A stretch of DNA of 64,000 bases from NCBI GenBank assembly GCA_963845085.1, contig CAWJQI010000001.1:224001-288000 (forward strand), in the 5' to 3' direction. Positions 33,939 to 43,272 of the stretch are shown in pieces (the stretch's first letter is position 1; each line of letters opens with the position of its first letter). The stretch is from Candidatus Fermentibacterota bacterium. Its GTDB lineage: Bacteria > Fermentibacterota > Fermentibacteria > Fermentibacterales > JCC-6. The position numbers and the translations under genes were made by a program. The notes beneath the pieces are model-generated. The model was not told the DNA's origin. It saw only the letters and a list, made by a program, of their open reading frames with translations, and ran no database searches.

Positions 33939-35218
33939 AAAATCCCCAGCCTTCCGCTGAACGCCCCGGGGTTCACCTCGGCGTAGTGCAGTTCGCCCGG
34001 AAGTGCGTCACGGTTGTAGCCGCGCCAGTCCTGAACGGACCAGCTGTCCGCACCGGATGAGATCCCCGCGGTCACCCCGCCCTGGATGCCGGCATGTGCG
34101 CTGAACAGCCATTCCAGCCCTGCGGTTGCCGAACCGGAGAAGACGACCGTGTTCGCCGACGCCGACACTGTGTCGGCCCTTGTGTCCTGGATCATGAAGT
34201 CGGTTTCGACGCCCGCCTCGAGCCTCAGAGCGAGCGCCGGGGACTGGAGCGGGATCCTTGCCCCCACGCTTCCCCGCACACCTATGGTGCTCATTCTTGG
34301 GAGAACACCGCTTACGAGGGCCCCTCCGAAGGCGAGCCCCCAGCGGGAGGTCCAGCCGCCCAGCTCCACCTGGTTCATCAGCCTGCTGTCTTCGGCGTCC
34401 TCGCCGGAGAGGCCGTCACCGGGGACTATCTCGACGGGAATTGCAGCGTACTGCAGAAATACGTTCGCAGGCGCGGAACTTTCGATGGCGGTCACGGAAG
34501 CACCTGGAACGAGCCGGCCCGTGATGAGCCTGCCCGCGCTGCCGGATGCCCGGACACTGGTTATCTGGATTATACCGCGGCTGCGAAGCCCCTCGTACTC
34601 GGCCCTGGACTGGGGGATTCCTTCCGATCTTGCAACGAGGGAGAAGATCATGCCCTTGTGTATCCCGGCATCGCTGCCGGCGGGCAATTCGAAAACGGGC
34701 CCCTCTCCCACATCGAAGGTGAGTTCAAGGGCGAAGATCTCCAGCATGCTTCTTGCAACAATTACCTCGAGCCCCCGGAGCGCAAGTTCCTGCTGGGACT
34801 GGTTGACGCCCTCGCCGCGCACGGTTTCCCTTATCGTTCCTATCAGGGTGGCCTCGGATGAGTAGAACCGTGCGGCGACCTCGACCAGGGTGGATCTTCT
34901 GGTGACCAGCGAATCGGACATCGGCAGGAAACCCGAATCATAGTCCGGGGCCATTACATCAAGCACCATGAAGGCGTCGACGCCGGACGAGGCCGCCATC
35001 TCCCTGAGCCTGTACGAAAGCGTTTCAGCATCGCCCGTATAACCTGGAAGCGCCGAGAGATCAACGTACCGGAACCTGCCCGAGGCTTCGTAGAGTTGCC
35101 CGGCCGCATCGACGAAAGCCCGGGCGTCGTACTGCCCGGGGGTGAAGAGCGTTATCACGCCGATGGAAGGCTGGCTCTCAACCGGCATGGCGGAAAGCAT
35201 GATTAGGCAGAGTAACAT
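33923..35218 (-). CDS. Putative outer-membrane protein (periplasmic domains plus C-terminal beta-barrel)
   Basis: Signal-like N-terminus, FlgT-C-like AGSDAGIHKGMIF segment, alternating beta strands, terminal Phe (GIFYMVF). Confidence 0.55.
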   Translation of the reverse strand: MLLCLIMLSAMPVESQPSIGVITLFTPGQYDARAFVDAAGQLYEASGRFRYVDLSALPGYTGDAETLSYRLREMAASSGVDAFMVLDVMAPDYDSGFLPMSDSLVTRRSTLVEVAARFYSSEATLIGTIRETVRGEGVNQSQQELALRGLEVIVARSMLEIFALELTFDVGEGPVFELPAGSDAGIHKGMIFSLVARSEGIPQSRAEYEGLRSRGIIQITSVRASGSAGRLITGRLVPGASVTAIESSAPANVFLQYAAIPVEIVPGDGLSGEDAEDSRLMNQVELGGWTSRWGLAFGGALVSGVLPRMSTIGVRGSVGARIPLQSPALALRLEAGVETDFMIQDTRADTVSASANTVVFSGSATAGLEWLFSAHAGIQGGVTAGISSGADSWSVQDWRGYNRDALPGELHYAEVNPGAFSGRLGIFYMVF

Positions 35219-35288
35219 GGGTCGTCCTTCCTGTTGCATCCCCCCGCAGCATGGAATGTAACAGGCGTCACGACTGTTGGAAAGGGGT

Positions 35289-36377
35289 TCAGCGTGGAAT
35301 GACCCTTACGGTGAGGGGCACGCGGGCGGGATCGGTAACGCCGAGGAAGGCCCTCGGGATTCCCTCCTGCATGATCGTATACCCGGCCGGGTCGATGAAG
35401 AAGACCCCCGGAAGCAGGCCGTGCTCGCAGAAAAGGCTGTCGACGAAGGCGGAAAGCTCATCCCACGGCGTGACCAGGGCTCCATCGGGTCGTTCGCAGA
35501 CCAGGGAGAAAGCCTTCGACTCGGCACGATCACGGGTGCCTTCGGCAGCGTACTCGGCAGCATAACAGGCCGTGTAGCCACCTCCGCCGGCGCCTGCACC
35601 GGAACCGGTCGACTGTGCATCGAGGGGAGCAACCGAACCTCCCACCGCGACGGTGGACTCGGCGGGGGAAGGGCTCTGTTCAGTCGCATCATCCCCGATC
35701 TCCCCGCAGGCCTGTTCAAGCATATCGGAATCCTGCGATGCCTGGGCCGGCATGGTTTGTGAAGAGGCCTCCGACTGCATCATCATCTCCTGCTGCTCCT
35801 CCTCCTCCCCGCTCTCGAAAAGCCCGGCCCTCCCTTCGCCCGAAAAGCCTGAGGGCGCGTCCTCCGACGAAGTTGAGGAGAGCGAAAGACAGACATCCAT
35901 CCCTGTCGTTTCGGTTTCGGCCAAAGGCATGGCTTCGGAGGATTCTTCCCCCTGGTCGGTGTCGGCTTCCCCGACAGGCACGGAAACCGAATCTGCAACA
36001 GAGAGGTCTGAACGGGCCGCATCAGGAATGGCTGACTCGTTCTGAATTACCTGTTCAAGGCCGGGTTGGCCCTGGCCGGGGAAAACCCTCATGCCGAGGA
36101 AAACTGCGGCCACACCTGCGGCGATGCCGATGAGCCACCCCGGCACGGTGCGCCCGGCCGGTTTTCCCAGCGGGATGTTCTTCCTCATCGCAGCGAAGCG
36201 GAAATCGGGCGGGTCCTGCCACGAATCCCTCCAGCTCTTCTCAAGAGCAGCCTGTGTTTTCAAAAAGGAGGTGCAGCGGTCGCATCCCGAAACATGCCCC
36301 GCGATCTCCGCCCTTTCCTCCGGGCTGAGCTCGCCGTCCATGAAGGCCATAAGCGACAGCGCGTCGGGGCAGTTCAT
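35289..36377 (-). CDS. Zinc-finger (zf-HC2) anti-sigma factor
   Basis: AFMDGELS...HVSGCDRC, one TM helix, acidic extracytoplasmic tail; overlaps the ECF sigma stop. Confidence 0.82.
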   Translation of the reverse strand: MNCPDALSLMAFMDGELSPEERAEIAGHVSGCDRCTSFLKTQAALEKSWRDSWQDPPDFRFAAMRKNIPLGKPAGRTVPGWLIGIAAGVAAVFLGMRVFPGQGQPGLEQVIQNESAIPDAARSDLSVADSVSVPVGEADTDQGEESSEAMPLAETETTGMDVCLSLSSTSSEDAPSGFSGEGRAGLFESGEEEEQQEMMMQSEASSQTMPAQASQDSDMLEQACGEIGDDATEQSPSPAESTVAVGGSVAPLDAQSTGSGAGAGGGGYTACYAAEYAAEGTRDRAESKAFSLVCERPDGALVTPWDELSAFVDSLFCEHGLLPGVFFIDPAGYTIMQEGIPRAFLGVTDPARVPLTVRVIPR

Positions 36378-36970
36378 GACTCACCCCCGATTTCCGCGGC
36401 AACAACGGCACGCACCTGGTTCCTGGCCCTGTTCAGCCGGGACATGACCGTTCCGACAGCAATGCCGAGCGTTTGTGCTATCTCGGTGTAGCTCAGCTCC
36501 TGGTCCACTCTCAGAACGAAGACCGTTCTGAGCGGGTCCGACAGCGATTCAACGGCCCTGCCGACCGCCAGGGCGAGCTCCCCGGCCGCGGCATTGAGCG
36601 GTGCCTGGTCAAGCGTGACGGTCTGGCCCTGATAGCCATGCTCGTCCTGGTACTCGACCTCGGCCCTGCGGCCTGTTTTCCTGTGGAAGTTGATCGCCAC
36701 GTTGGTGACGATCCTGTAGATCCAGGTGAAGAACCTGAAATCCGGATCGAAGCTTCCCATGGCATTCATGGCCCTGATGAACGATTCCTGGGTGATGTCC
36801 CAGGCGTCGTCATCGGATCCGCAAAGCCTTCTTGCCACTCTGAACACCCTTTTCTGGTACTTCTCCACCAGCCGCCCGAAAGCCTCCCGGTCTCCCCCGA
36901 TGGCCTTCCCGAGAATGAGGGCCTCTTCCTCGTCCCCGAACACGGCTGCAAGTAGTACAAGAAAAAGCAT
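36374..36970 (-). CDS. ECF RNA polymerase sigma factor
   Basis: GDREAFGRLV, DAWDITQESF, FFTWIYRI, LSYTEIA...GTVMSRLNRAR. Confidence 0.92.
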   Translation of the reverse strand: MLFLVLLAAVFGDEEEALILGKAIGGDREAFGRLVEKYQKRVFRVARRLCGSDDDAWDITQESFIRAMNAMGSFDPDFRFFTWIYRIVTNVAINFHRKTGRRAEVEYQDEHGYQGQTVTLDQAPLNAAAGELALAVGRAVESLSDPLRTVFVLRVDQELSYTEIAQTLGIAVGTVMSRLNRARNQVRAVVAAEIGGES

Positions 36971-36981
36971 CAATTCATTCC

Positions 36982-37407
36982 CTAAATGCCGATCCCCACC
37001 ATGAGGGCAAGGCCGGCGTTCCTGTCGAAACCCTGGTTCTCCTCGTCGAAGCCGAAAAGCCATGCGTCGACATACGCATCGAGCATGCTTGCTACCCAGG
37101 CCCCCGCCGTGTACCAGATGAGGCTTCGGCAGCGGTCGCGGTGAAGCACGCGGGCATCGTCCCATGACGGGTCGCCCGTTTCAAGGAACATGTCACGGGC
37201 ATTCCCGGCCCTGTTGTTCTCGTAGAGCGTCCAGCCCAGCAACCCGGCCTGGAGGGCGCCGTATGCGACACCCTTGATCGGTTCGTCGTTATAGAACTGC
37301 CCCCAACCGGGAACCGCCGCGCTTCGGAGAAGTGCGCCGGTGGGGTTTCTGTGGGGAATGGGCACAACCGAGGTGCTGTCGGCGGACAGAATGGATACGA
37401 CCAGCAC
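36982..37407 (-). CDS. DUF5683-like membrane protein
   Basis: NPTGALLRSAAVPGWGQFYN and SMLDAYVDA; start may lie a few codons upstream. Confidence 0.7.
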   Translation of the reverse strand: MLVVSILSADSTSVVPIPHRNPTGALLRSAAVPGWGQFYNDEPIKGVAYGALQAGLLGWTLYENNRAGNARDMFLETGDPSWDDARVLHRDRCRSLIWYTAGAWVASMLDAYVDAWLFGFDEENQGFDRNAGLALMVGIGI

Positions 37408-37424
37408 CGCAAGAACGGCCCACT

Positions 37425-38186
37425 TCAGACAATCACCCCCCGTTCGGAGTCGGACATGAACCTGGCCATCCGGTGGGCTGGGGATGAGGGAGGAAAATCG
37501 GCGAGCGCCCGCTCGACCTTGTCCCTCATCGAACCCGGGGAGCGGAAGAGGAACCTGAAGGCATCGCGGGCCTGGTCTATCTGATCGGGGAGCCAGCCGT
37601 GACGGCTCAGACCCAGCGCGTTTATACCGACCGCCCGCAGCGGCTCACCCCCGGCAAGCACGAACGGCGGCACGTCTTTGGGAACCCTGTAGCCCCCGCC
37701 GATCATGGCGAGCTCACCGATCCTTGAGAACTGGTGCACCGGGACGACTCCGCCAAGCACCGCGTTGTTTCCCACGCTCACATGGCCCGCGAGGTTGACG
37801 GCGTTCGCAAGGATTACCCCGTCGCCGATCCGGCAGTCGTGCGCGATGTGGACGTATGCCATTATGAAACAGTCCGCGCCGACGATGGTGCTGCCCGAAG
37901 CCCTGGTTCCGAGGTTGATGTTGGCAAGCTCCCTGATGACCGTGCGCGGTCCGACGAAAAGCGTTGTATCCTCGCCGCCGAACTTGAGGTCCTGCGGAGG
38001 CGTGCCGAGCACGGCTCCCGGCCCGACCTTGACCCCCTCGGAAAGCGTGGTGGCGCCTTCAATGACGGCATTGGCACCTATGGAAACGTTCTCACCGAGA
38101 ATGACTCTGGCGCCGACAACTGCCCCCGCACCGATCGAGACGGATTCGGGCACGCGGCATGAAACAACAGCTGAAGGGTGTATCAT
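37425..38186 (-). CDS. lpxA: UDP-N-acetylglucosamine acyltransferase
   Basis: Hexapeptide repeats, PQDLKF, MAYVHIAHDC, VHQF, KDVPPF. Confidence 0.95.
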   Translation of the reverse strand: MIHPSAVVSCRVPESVSIGAGAVVGARVILGENVSIGANAVIEGATTLSEGVKVGPGAVLGTPPQDLKFGGEDTTLFVGPRTVIRELANINLGTRASGSTIVGADCFIMAYVHIAHDCRIGDGVILANAVNLAGHVSVGNNAVLGGVVPVHQFSRIGELAMIGGGYRVPKDVPPFVLAGGEPLRAVGINALGLSRHGWLPDQIDQARDAFRFLFRSPGSMRDKVERALADFPPSSPAHRMARFMSDSERGVIV

Positions 38187-39505
38187 GTTCTCTCCACAAG
38201 CATGGCCGTAAGTTCCGCCTCTGCGGCGACCCTCTCCTCGACGAAGGCGACGCCCCGCATTCGGCAGAGCCTGCCCCTGCTGTTCAACATCTCCAGTTCA
38301 AACCTGACCTGGTCTCCTGGAAGGATGGGCTTCCTGAAGCGGACCTTGTCGATCCCGCCGAAGTAGACCAGCCATTTCGAGGGATCGTCGACATTGTCGA
38401 AAAGCATCAGCCCGCCGACCTGGGCCATCGCCTCGATGACGAGCACTCCCGGCATTATCGGGCTTCCGGGAAAGTGGCCCTGGAAGTAGGGTTCGTTGAT
38501 GGTAACGTTCTTGAGACCGACGATCCTCTTGCCCGGATCGATCTCGAGCACCTTGTCGACGAGCAGGAACGGGTAGCGGTGAGGCAGCAGCCTCATCACG
38601 TCCTGGATGTCCCACTTCCTGTCGGGGAGGTGTTTCTCGGCCTTGGACATGCTGCCCTTGTAAACGCTCTTGATCTTCTTGACGAACTGAACGTTGGAGG
38701 CATGGCCGCTCTTGGCGCTGATGACATGCCCCTCGAGGCGGAAACCCAGAAGGGACAGGTCGCCTATCAGGTCGAGCACCTTGTGCCTGACGAACTCGTC
38801 TGGGAAACGGAGGGGTTTGTCGTTCATGATGCCGTCATCGCCTATCACAACGGCATTGTCGAGCGTTCCGCCCTTGATGAGCCCCTTCTCCTGAAGGGCC
38901 TTCACGTCCCTGTAGAGGCAGAATGTCCTGGCGGGAGCGATCTCTTCCGTGAACGATTCCGGGGTGATGTCGAGGCTGAGATACTGGGTGCCGATCGCCT
39001 GAATGTCGTAATCAATCGTGAAGCTCACGCGAAGTCCGCTGTAGGGCACGACAGTGAGGGTCGCCCCGAAATACTCAAGGCTCACCGGCTCGGTGATCTT
39101 GAAAATCTTCCTGGGATGCCTGTTGAGCGTTGCCACCCCGGCGTTTTTGAGCATGGTGACGAACGAGCTCACTGAACCTCCCGCGGGCTCCGGGGGCTCG
39201 TCGGAATCAATCTCGATAATGGCGTTGTCTATCTCGAGGCCGTAAAGGGCGCTGAGAACGTGTTCAACGGTGTGAACCTCGAAGTAGTTCTCGCCCAGGG
39301 TCGTCCTTCGGGCCTGCTCCTCGATCATCCGTACATTTTCGACGCAGACCTTTATCATCGGCCTGCTCTCCACGTCGGTTCTCACGAAGACGAACCCGGT
39401 GTCCGGAGGGGCCGGCTTGAACGTGATGGTTGTTTCCTTGCCGAGATGAAGGCCTACGCCGGTGATGGAAACAACCTTGTCAAGAGTGGTCTGAAACCGG
39501 TTCAT
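38183..39505 (-). CDS. lpxC-fabZ: Bifunctional LpxC deacetylase / FabZ dehydratase
   Basis: [25 protein letters not shown], then [29 protein letters not shown]. Confidence 0.95.
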   Translation of the reverse strand: MNRFQTTLDKVVSITGVGLHLGKETTITFKPAPPDTGFVFVRTDVESRPMIKVCVENVRMIEEQARRTTLGENYFEVHTVEHVLSALYGLEIDNAIIEIDSDEPPEPAGGSVSSFVTMLKNAGVATLNRHPRKIFKITEPVSLEYFGATLTVVPYSGLRVSFTIDYDIQAIGTQYLSLDITPESFTEEIAPARTFCLYRDVKALQEKGLIKGGTLDNAVVIGDDGIMNDKPLRFPDEFVRHKVLDLIGDLSLLGFRLEGHVISAKSGHASNVQFVKKIKSVYKGSMSKAEKHLPDRKWDIQDVMRLLPHRYPFLLVDKVLEIDPGKRIVGLKNVTINEPYFQGHFPGSPIMPGVLVIEAMAQVGGLMLFDNVDDPSKWLVYFGGIDKVRFRKPILPGDQVRFELEMLNSRGRLCRMRGVAFVEERVAAEAELTAMLVERT

Positions 39506-39508
39506 CGA

Positions 39509-40534
39509 TCAACCCCGTTCTTCCTTCTCTTTGGACAGAACATCGAGAAGCTCGGGCAGTCTCGACGCTGCTGCCATTACTTTCATGTTGCTGGCATGAT
39601 CCCGGGCGGGGATTCCGCTCATCACCGCACGCGGCCTGACGTCCTTCGTAATCCCGCTTTTAGCGGTGAGAACTGCTCCGCGCGCGATCCTTATATGCCC
39701 ACCGATGCCGACCTGCCCGCCGCAGGTGACCATGTCCTCGAGTACTGTGCTGCCTGCAATTCCTGTCTGGGCCGCAATGAAACAGCCCGCTCCGATTCTG
39801 ACATTATGCGCGACCTGAACGAGGTTGTCGAGCTTGCTGTGCGCACCGACAACGGTACTGCCCACCACGGCCCTGTCTATCGTTGTTCCGGCGCCTATCT
39901 CCACGTCGTCACCTATTACGACGTTGCCGTTCTGGGGGATCTTCAGGTGCCTGCCTTCAGGGTCGGGAACAAAACCGAAACCGTCGCTGCCTATCACCGC
40001 TCCGGAATGGATTATCACCCGGTCGCCCACAACGCACCCGGCGAGGATCGAGACAAGGGGATGGATCAGGCATCCCTCCCCCACGCGGGCCATGGGGCCC
40101 AGAACGCTTGAGGCCCCGATCACGGTACCGCTTCCGATCCGTACGTCCCTGTCGATGACGGCGTTGGGGCCGATCCGGACGTCACGCCCGAGAACCGCTG
40201 TCGGGTGGACGACCGCTGATGTGTGAACGCCCGCGAAACCGCTGACCCGATCAGGCCTGAATTCCATCAATGCATTGCGGAACGCGAGGTATGGGCTCTT
40301 GACGATGAGCTGGTTCGGCGCGGAGGTTTTAAGCAGAGCCCCGGCGATCACCGCAAGCGCCTTCGTTGACATCAGATACCTTGCATACCTTGGATTGCCG
40401 AAATAACAGACCTGGGTTTCATCGGCATCCTCGAGCGTGCTGACACCGGAAACAACGGCATTGCCGCCCTCTCCGAGCAGCCTGGCATCGAGCATCCCGG
40501 CCAGTTCGGCCAGCGTTATCTCAGCGCCGACCAC
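39509..40534 (-). CDS. lpxD: UDP-3-O-acylglucosamine N-acyltransferase
   Basis: [31 protein letters not shown]. Confidence 0.95.
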   Translation of the reverse strand: MVGAEITLAELAGMLDARLLGEGGNAVVSGVSTLEDADETQVCYFGNPRYARYLMSTKALAVIAGALLKTSAPNQLIVKSPYLAFRNALMEFRPDRVSGFAGVHTSAVVHPTAVLGRDVRIGPNAVIDRDVRIGSGTVIGASSVLGPMARVGEGCLIHPLVSILAGCVVGDRVIIHSGAVIGSDGFGFVPDPEGRHLKIPQNGNVVIGDDVEIGAGTTIDRAVVGSTVVGAHSKLDNLVQVAHNVRIGAGCFIAAQTGIAGSTVLEDMVTCGGQVGIGGHIRIARGAVLTAKSGITKDVRPRAVMSGIPARDHASNMKVMAAASRLPELLDVLSKEKEERG

Positions 40535-41027
40535 CGGACGCCACCCTGTCCATCACCAGGTCGGTTATATCCAGGGTCGGGTCGGCAAAAACCACCTGTC
40601 CGGCGGAAGAGTCAAATACGATCGAAAGCCCCTCTTCCGTGGCGATCTCCATCACGGCTTCGTTGATCGCGGCGACGATGGGCGCCACGAGCTGCTCGTT
40701 GCGCCTTTCCAGAAGGCCGCCCGGACCGAACACTTCCGTGAGAAATGTTTCCAGCCCCTCCTCCTTCTGCGCCAGAAGAGCCTCTCTCTCCATCCGCCGT
40801 TCCGGGCTCATGACGAGGGTGCGGTCAAGGTCAGCCCTTATCTCGTCAACCTCAAGCTGCAGCGAATCGGCGTACCCCTGCCAGTTCTCAAGCTCCTCTT
40901 CGAGAAGCTCCCTGGCATCCCTTACCGATCCGAGCGTTTCGAAAATCCTTTCGGAATCAACGACTGCAATGGTCTGTGAAAATGCAGCCACGCTCGAGAG
41001 CGCGATAAAGCAGAGCACGAATCTCAA
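40521..41027 (-). CDS. skp: Skp/OmpH periplasmic chaperone
   Basis: TTG after [15 protein letters not shown], coiled coil, DITDLV; lies between bamA and lpxD. Confidence 0.88.
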   Translation of the reverse strand: MRFVLCFIALSSVAAFSQTIAVVDSERIFETLGSVRDARELLEEELENWQGYADSLQLEVDEIRADLDRTLVMSPERRMEREALLAQKEEGLETFLTEVFGPGGLLERRNEQLVAPIVAAINEAVMEIATEEGLSIVFDSSAGQVVFADPTLDITDLVMDRVASGGRR

Positions 41028-41040
41028 AGCGACCTCCTGA

Positions 41041-43272
41041 TCAGAAGCTCGTACCGAACTGGAAATGGGGCTCCCAGCCCCTGTCGGGACCATCGAACCC
41101 GTAGGCGTAATCAAGCCCCAGTATCCCCAGCATGGGAACCTCGACGCGGATGCCCATCCCGGCGCCGCGGTTCATGTCGCTGAGGTCGATCGTCGACCAG
41201 CGGTTCCATGTGTTCCCCGCATCGGCGAACAGCGCAAGCTGCAGCTGGTCGATAATTCTGAACCTGTACTCGGCGGACAGGATGAGCATGCTTCTGCCGC
41301 CGACCGTCTCATAGCCATCGCTTGCAGCGATGGTGTTCTCTCCGTAGCCCCGCACGCCGTAGAAACCCGTTCCTCCGAGCTGGAAGAACTCGTACGCCGG
41401 CGGCTCCTCGCCGCCGAAGCCCGCCACATAGCCGGCCCTCGCCCTCAGCGTGAGGAAGAACTTCCACCAGAGGGGAACGTACCACTGGGAATCGAGAAGG
41501 TACTTCTGGTAACCGATGTTGCCTCCGAGGGCGCCTCCGGCGTACTGCAGGGTCAGGCTGTTCAGGGAACCCTCCCCGGGAAAGTTCTGCCTGTCGCGGC
41601 TGTCGCGGGAGATGGAGTAGCGCACCGAGCTTTCCCAGCGCGGCCAGTCAGTGTCGCGGAGATTGTAGTAGTAACTTGTGGAATCGGACGTGATATTGTA
41701 AACATCCACCTTCTCAAGCGTATAACGCACGGAAAGCCTGACGAAATCAAGCCCGGGTATGGGTCTGCCCACGAGGATCGAGCCGCCGGTCTTCAACCTG
41801 TCGTACTCGGCGTAGTTGCTGGCCGTTCTGTACAGCTGTGCGCCCAGGGTGAGGGGCGTGTCCATGAACCAGGGCTCGGTGAAGCCCAGCTGAACGTTCT
41901 GCGTGCTCTTCGAGAACTGGTATGCGGCGCTGATGCTCTGCCCCATGCCTCTGAAGTTCTCCTCGCCGTACTCGAGATAGCCGCTCATCCCGTCGGATCC
42001 GCTGTAGCCGGCCCCGAGACCGGCGCGGCCCGTTGTTTTCTCGTCGACCGTCATGATCAGATCAACGTCCTGCGATCCCTCGACAGGCCGGAAATCGGGG
42101 ACGACATCGTTGAAGTAGTTGAGGTAAAACACGTTTCTCATGCTGCGCATGAGGGATGTGCGCTGGAACAGGTCGCCCGGATAGATGGTGAACTCCCTGC
42201 GGATCACGTTGTCGCAGGTGCGGGTGTTTCCGGTGATGTCGATCCTTCTGATGTGGGCCCTTTCACCCTCGGTGACGAGGAACGACACATCGAGCCTGTC
42301 GCCGGTCCCGGCCGTGAGGGAGGGTTCGACAACGGCGTAGAAGTACCCCTTGTCCTGGTAGAGGGTGTAGAGGTTCTCGAGTGTTCTCTCCATGTCCCGG
42401 CTGTCGTAATGCTCGCCGGCGGTGATCCTCGAGGCGAGCTGAAGGACCGAATCGGGAATGGAGGCCCCACCGGAAAAACTGACCTGTCCGAAGGTGCGGT
42501 AGGCTCCCTCGTTCACGTCGATCGTGATCCGGAGATGGCGGCCGTCTTCCATCATTTCCCGCGTGCTGCCCAGGACTCTTGCGTCGGGATAGCCGTTGTG
42601 GCGGTAGTGGTCCTCGATTCGTCCGGCGTCCGCGGCGAACTCGTCCTCCTTGAGCTTCCCGCTTCTCCAGAAGCTGTCCTGGCGGGTCTTCATCTCACCG
42701 CGGAGCTCCCTGTCGGTGAAGGCCTCGTTGCCGTTGAAGACGATCTCGCCAACCCTGATGTCGGGCCCCTCGTCGCACACGAAGACAAGGTCGCGCCTGC
42801 CCTGTGCGTCGGGCTCTTCCCAGCGGGCCTCGACCGTTGCCATATGCCGGTTCTTCTCGGCAAAGAGTTGTCTCAGGAGCAGCGTGGCGCTCGAGACATC
42901 CCCCGTCGAAAGGGTCTGCCCCGGGAAGATCATCAGGCTGTCCAGCGCCTTCGAAGCATCGAGCTCGCCGGGGTTCTCGATCCTGACGGCGCCCACGATC
43001 GGGTTCTCGACGACCCTGATGACAACGCCGACCGTGGCCGGCGACAGGCTGTCGGCTGAAACCATCACATCCTGGAAGTAGTCGAGTTCGTAAAGGGTTC
43101 TGATGCCGCTGCTGAGAACCGAGGGGTTCACCTCTGCTCCGATAGCCAGCCCCAGGGTTCTCACGATGAGGGAATCGCTCACATAGCTGTTGCCCTCGAT
43201 GTCGATCCGTTCGACGACCGCGGCCCTGGAAGCAAGGGCGGCCAGAAGCAAAACAGGGAGGAGTTGTTTCAA
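41041..43272 (-). CDS. bamA: Outer-membrane protein assembly factor
   Basis: POTRA repeats (GNTRTCDNVIRRE), VRGY motif, terminal FQFGTSF. Confidence 0.95.
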   Translation of the reverse strand: MKQLLPVLLLAALASRAAVVERIDIEGNSYVSDSLIVRTLGLAIGAEVNPSVLSSGIRTLYELDYFQDVMVSADSLSPATVGVVIRVVENPIVGAVRIENPGELDASKALDSLMIFPGQTLSTGDVSSATLLLRQLFAEKNRHMATVEARWEEPDAQGRRDLVFVCDEGPDIRVGEIVFNGNEAFTDRELRGEMKTRQDSFWRSGKLKEDEFAADAGRIEDHYRHNGYPDARVLGSTREMMEDGRHLRITIDVNEGAYRTFGQVSFSGGASIPDSVLQLASRITAGEHYDSRDMERTLENLYTLYQDKGYFYAVVEPSLTAGTGDRLDVSFLVTEGERAHIRRIDITGNTRTCDNVIRREFTIYPGDLFQRTSLMRSMRNVFYLNYFNDVVPDFRPVEGSQDVDLIMTVDEKTTGRAGLGAGYSGSDGMSGYLEYGEENFRGMGQSISAAYQFSKSTQNVQLGFTEPWFMDTPLTLGAQLYRTASNYAEYDRLKTGGSILVGRPIPGLDFVRLSVRYTLEKVDVYNITSDSTSYYYNLRDTDWPRWESSVRYSISRDSRDRQNFPGEGSLNSLTLQYAGGALGGNIGYQKYLLDSQWYVPLWWKFFLTLRARAGYVAGFGGEEPPAYEFFQLGGTGFYGVRGYGENTIAASDGYETVGGRSMLILSAEYRFRIIDQLQLALFADAGNTWNRWSTIDLSDMNRGAGMGIRVEVPMLGILGLDYAYGFDGPDRGWEPHFQFGTSF

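Noticed and set aside
38183..39505. lpxC-fabZ fusion as a novelty
   Set aside because: Well-known arrangement in Bacteroidota/Chlorobiota and related lineages.
41065..43059. Long antisense ORFs opposite bamA (and similarly ligA, sprA, clpC)
   Set aside because: Expected shadow frames in high-GC coding DNA; no motifs or RBS.
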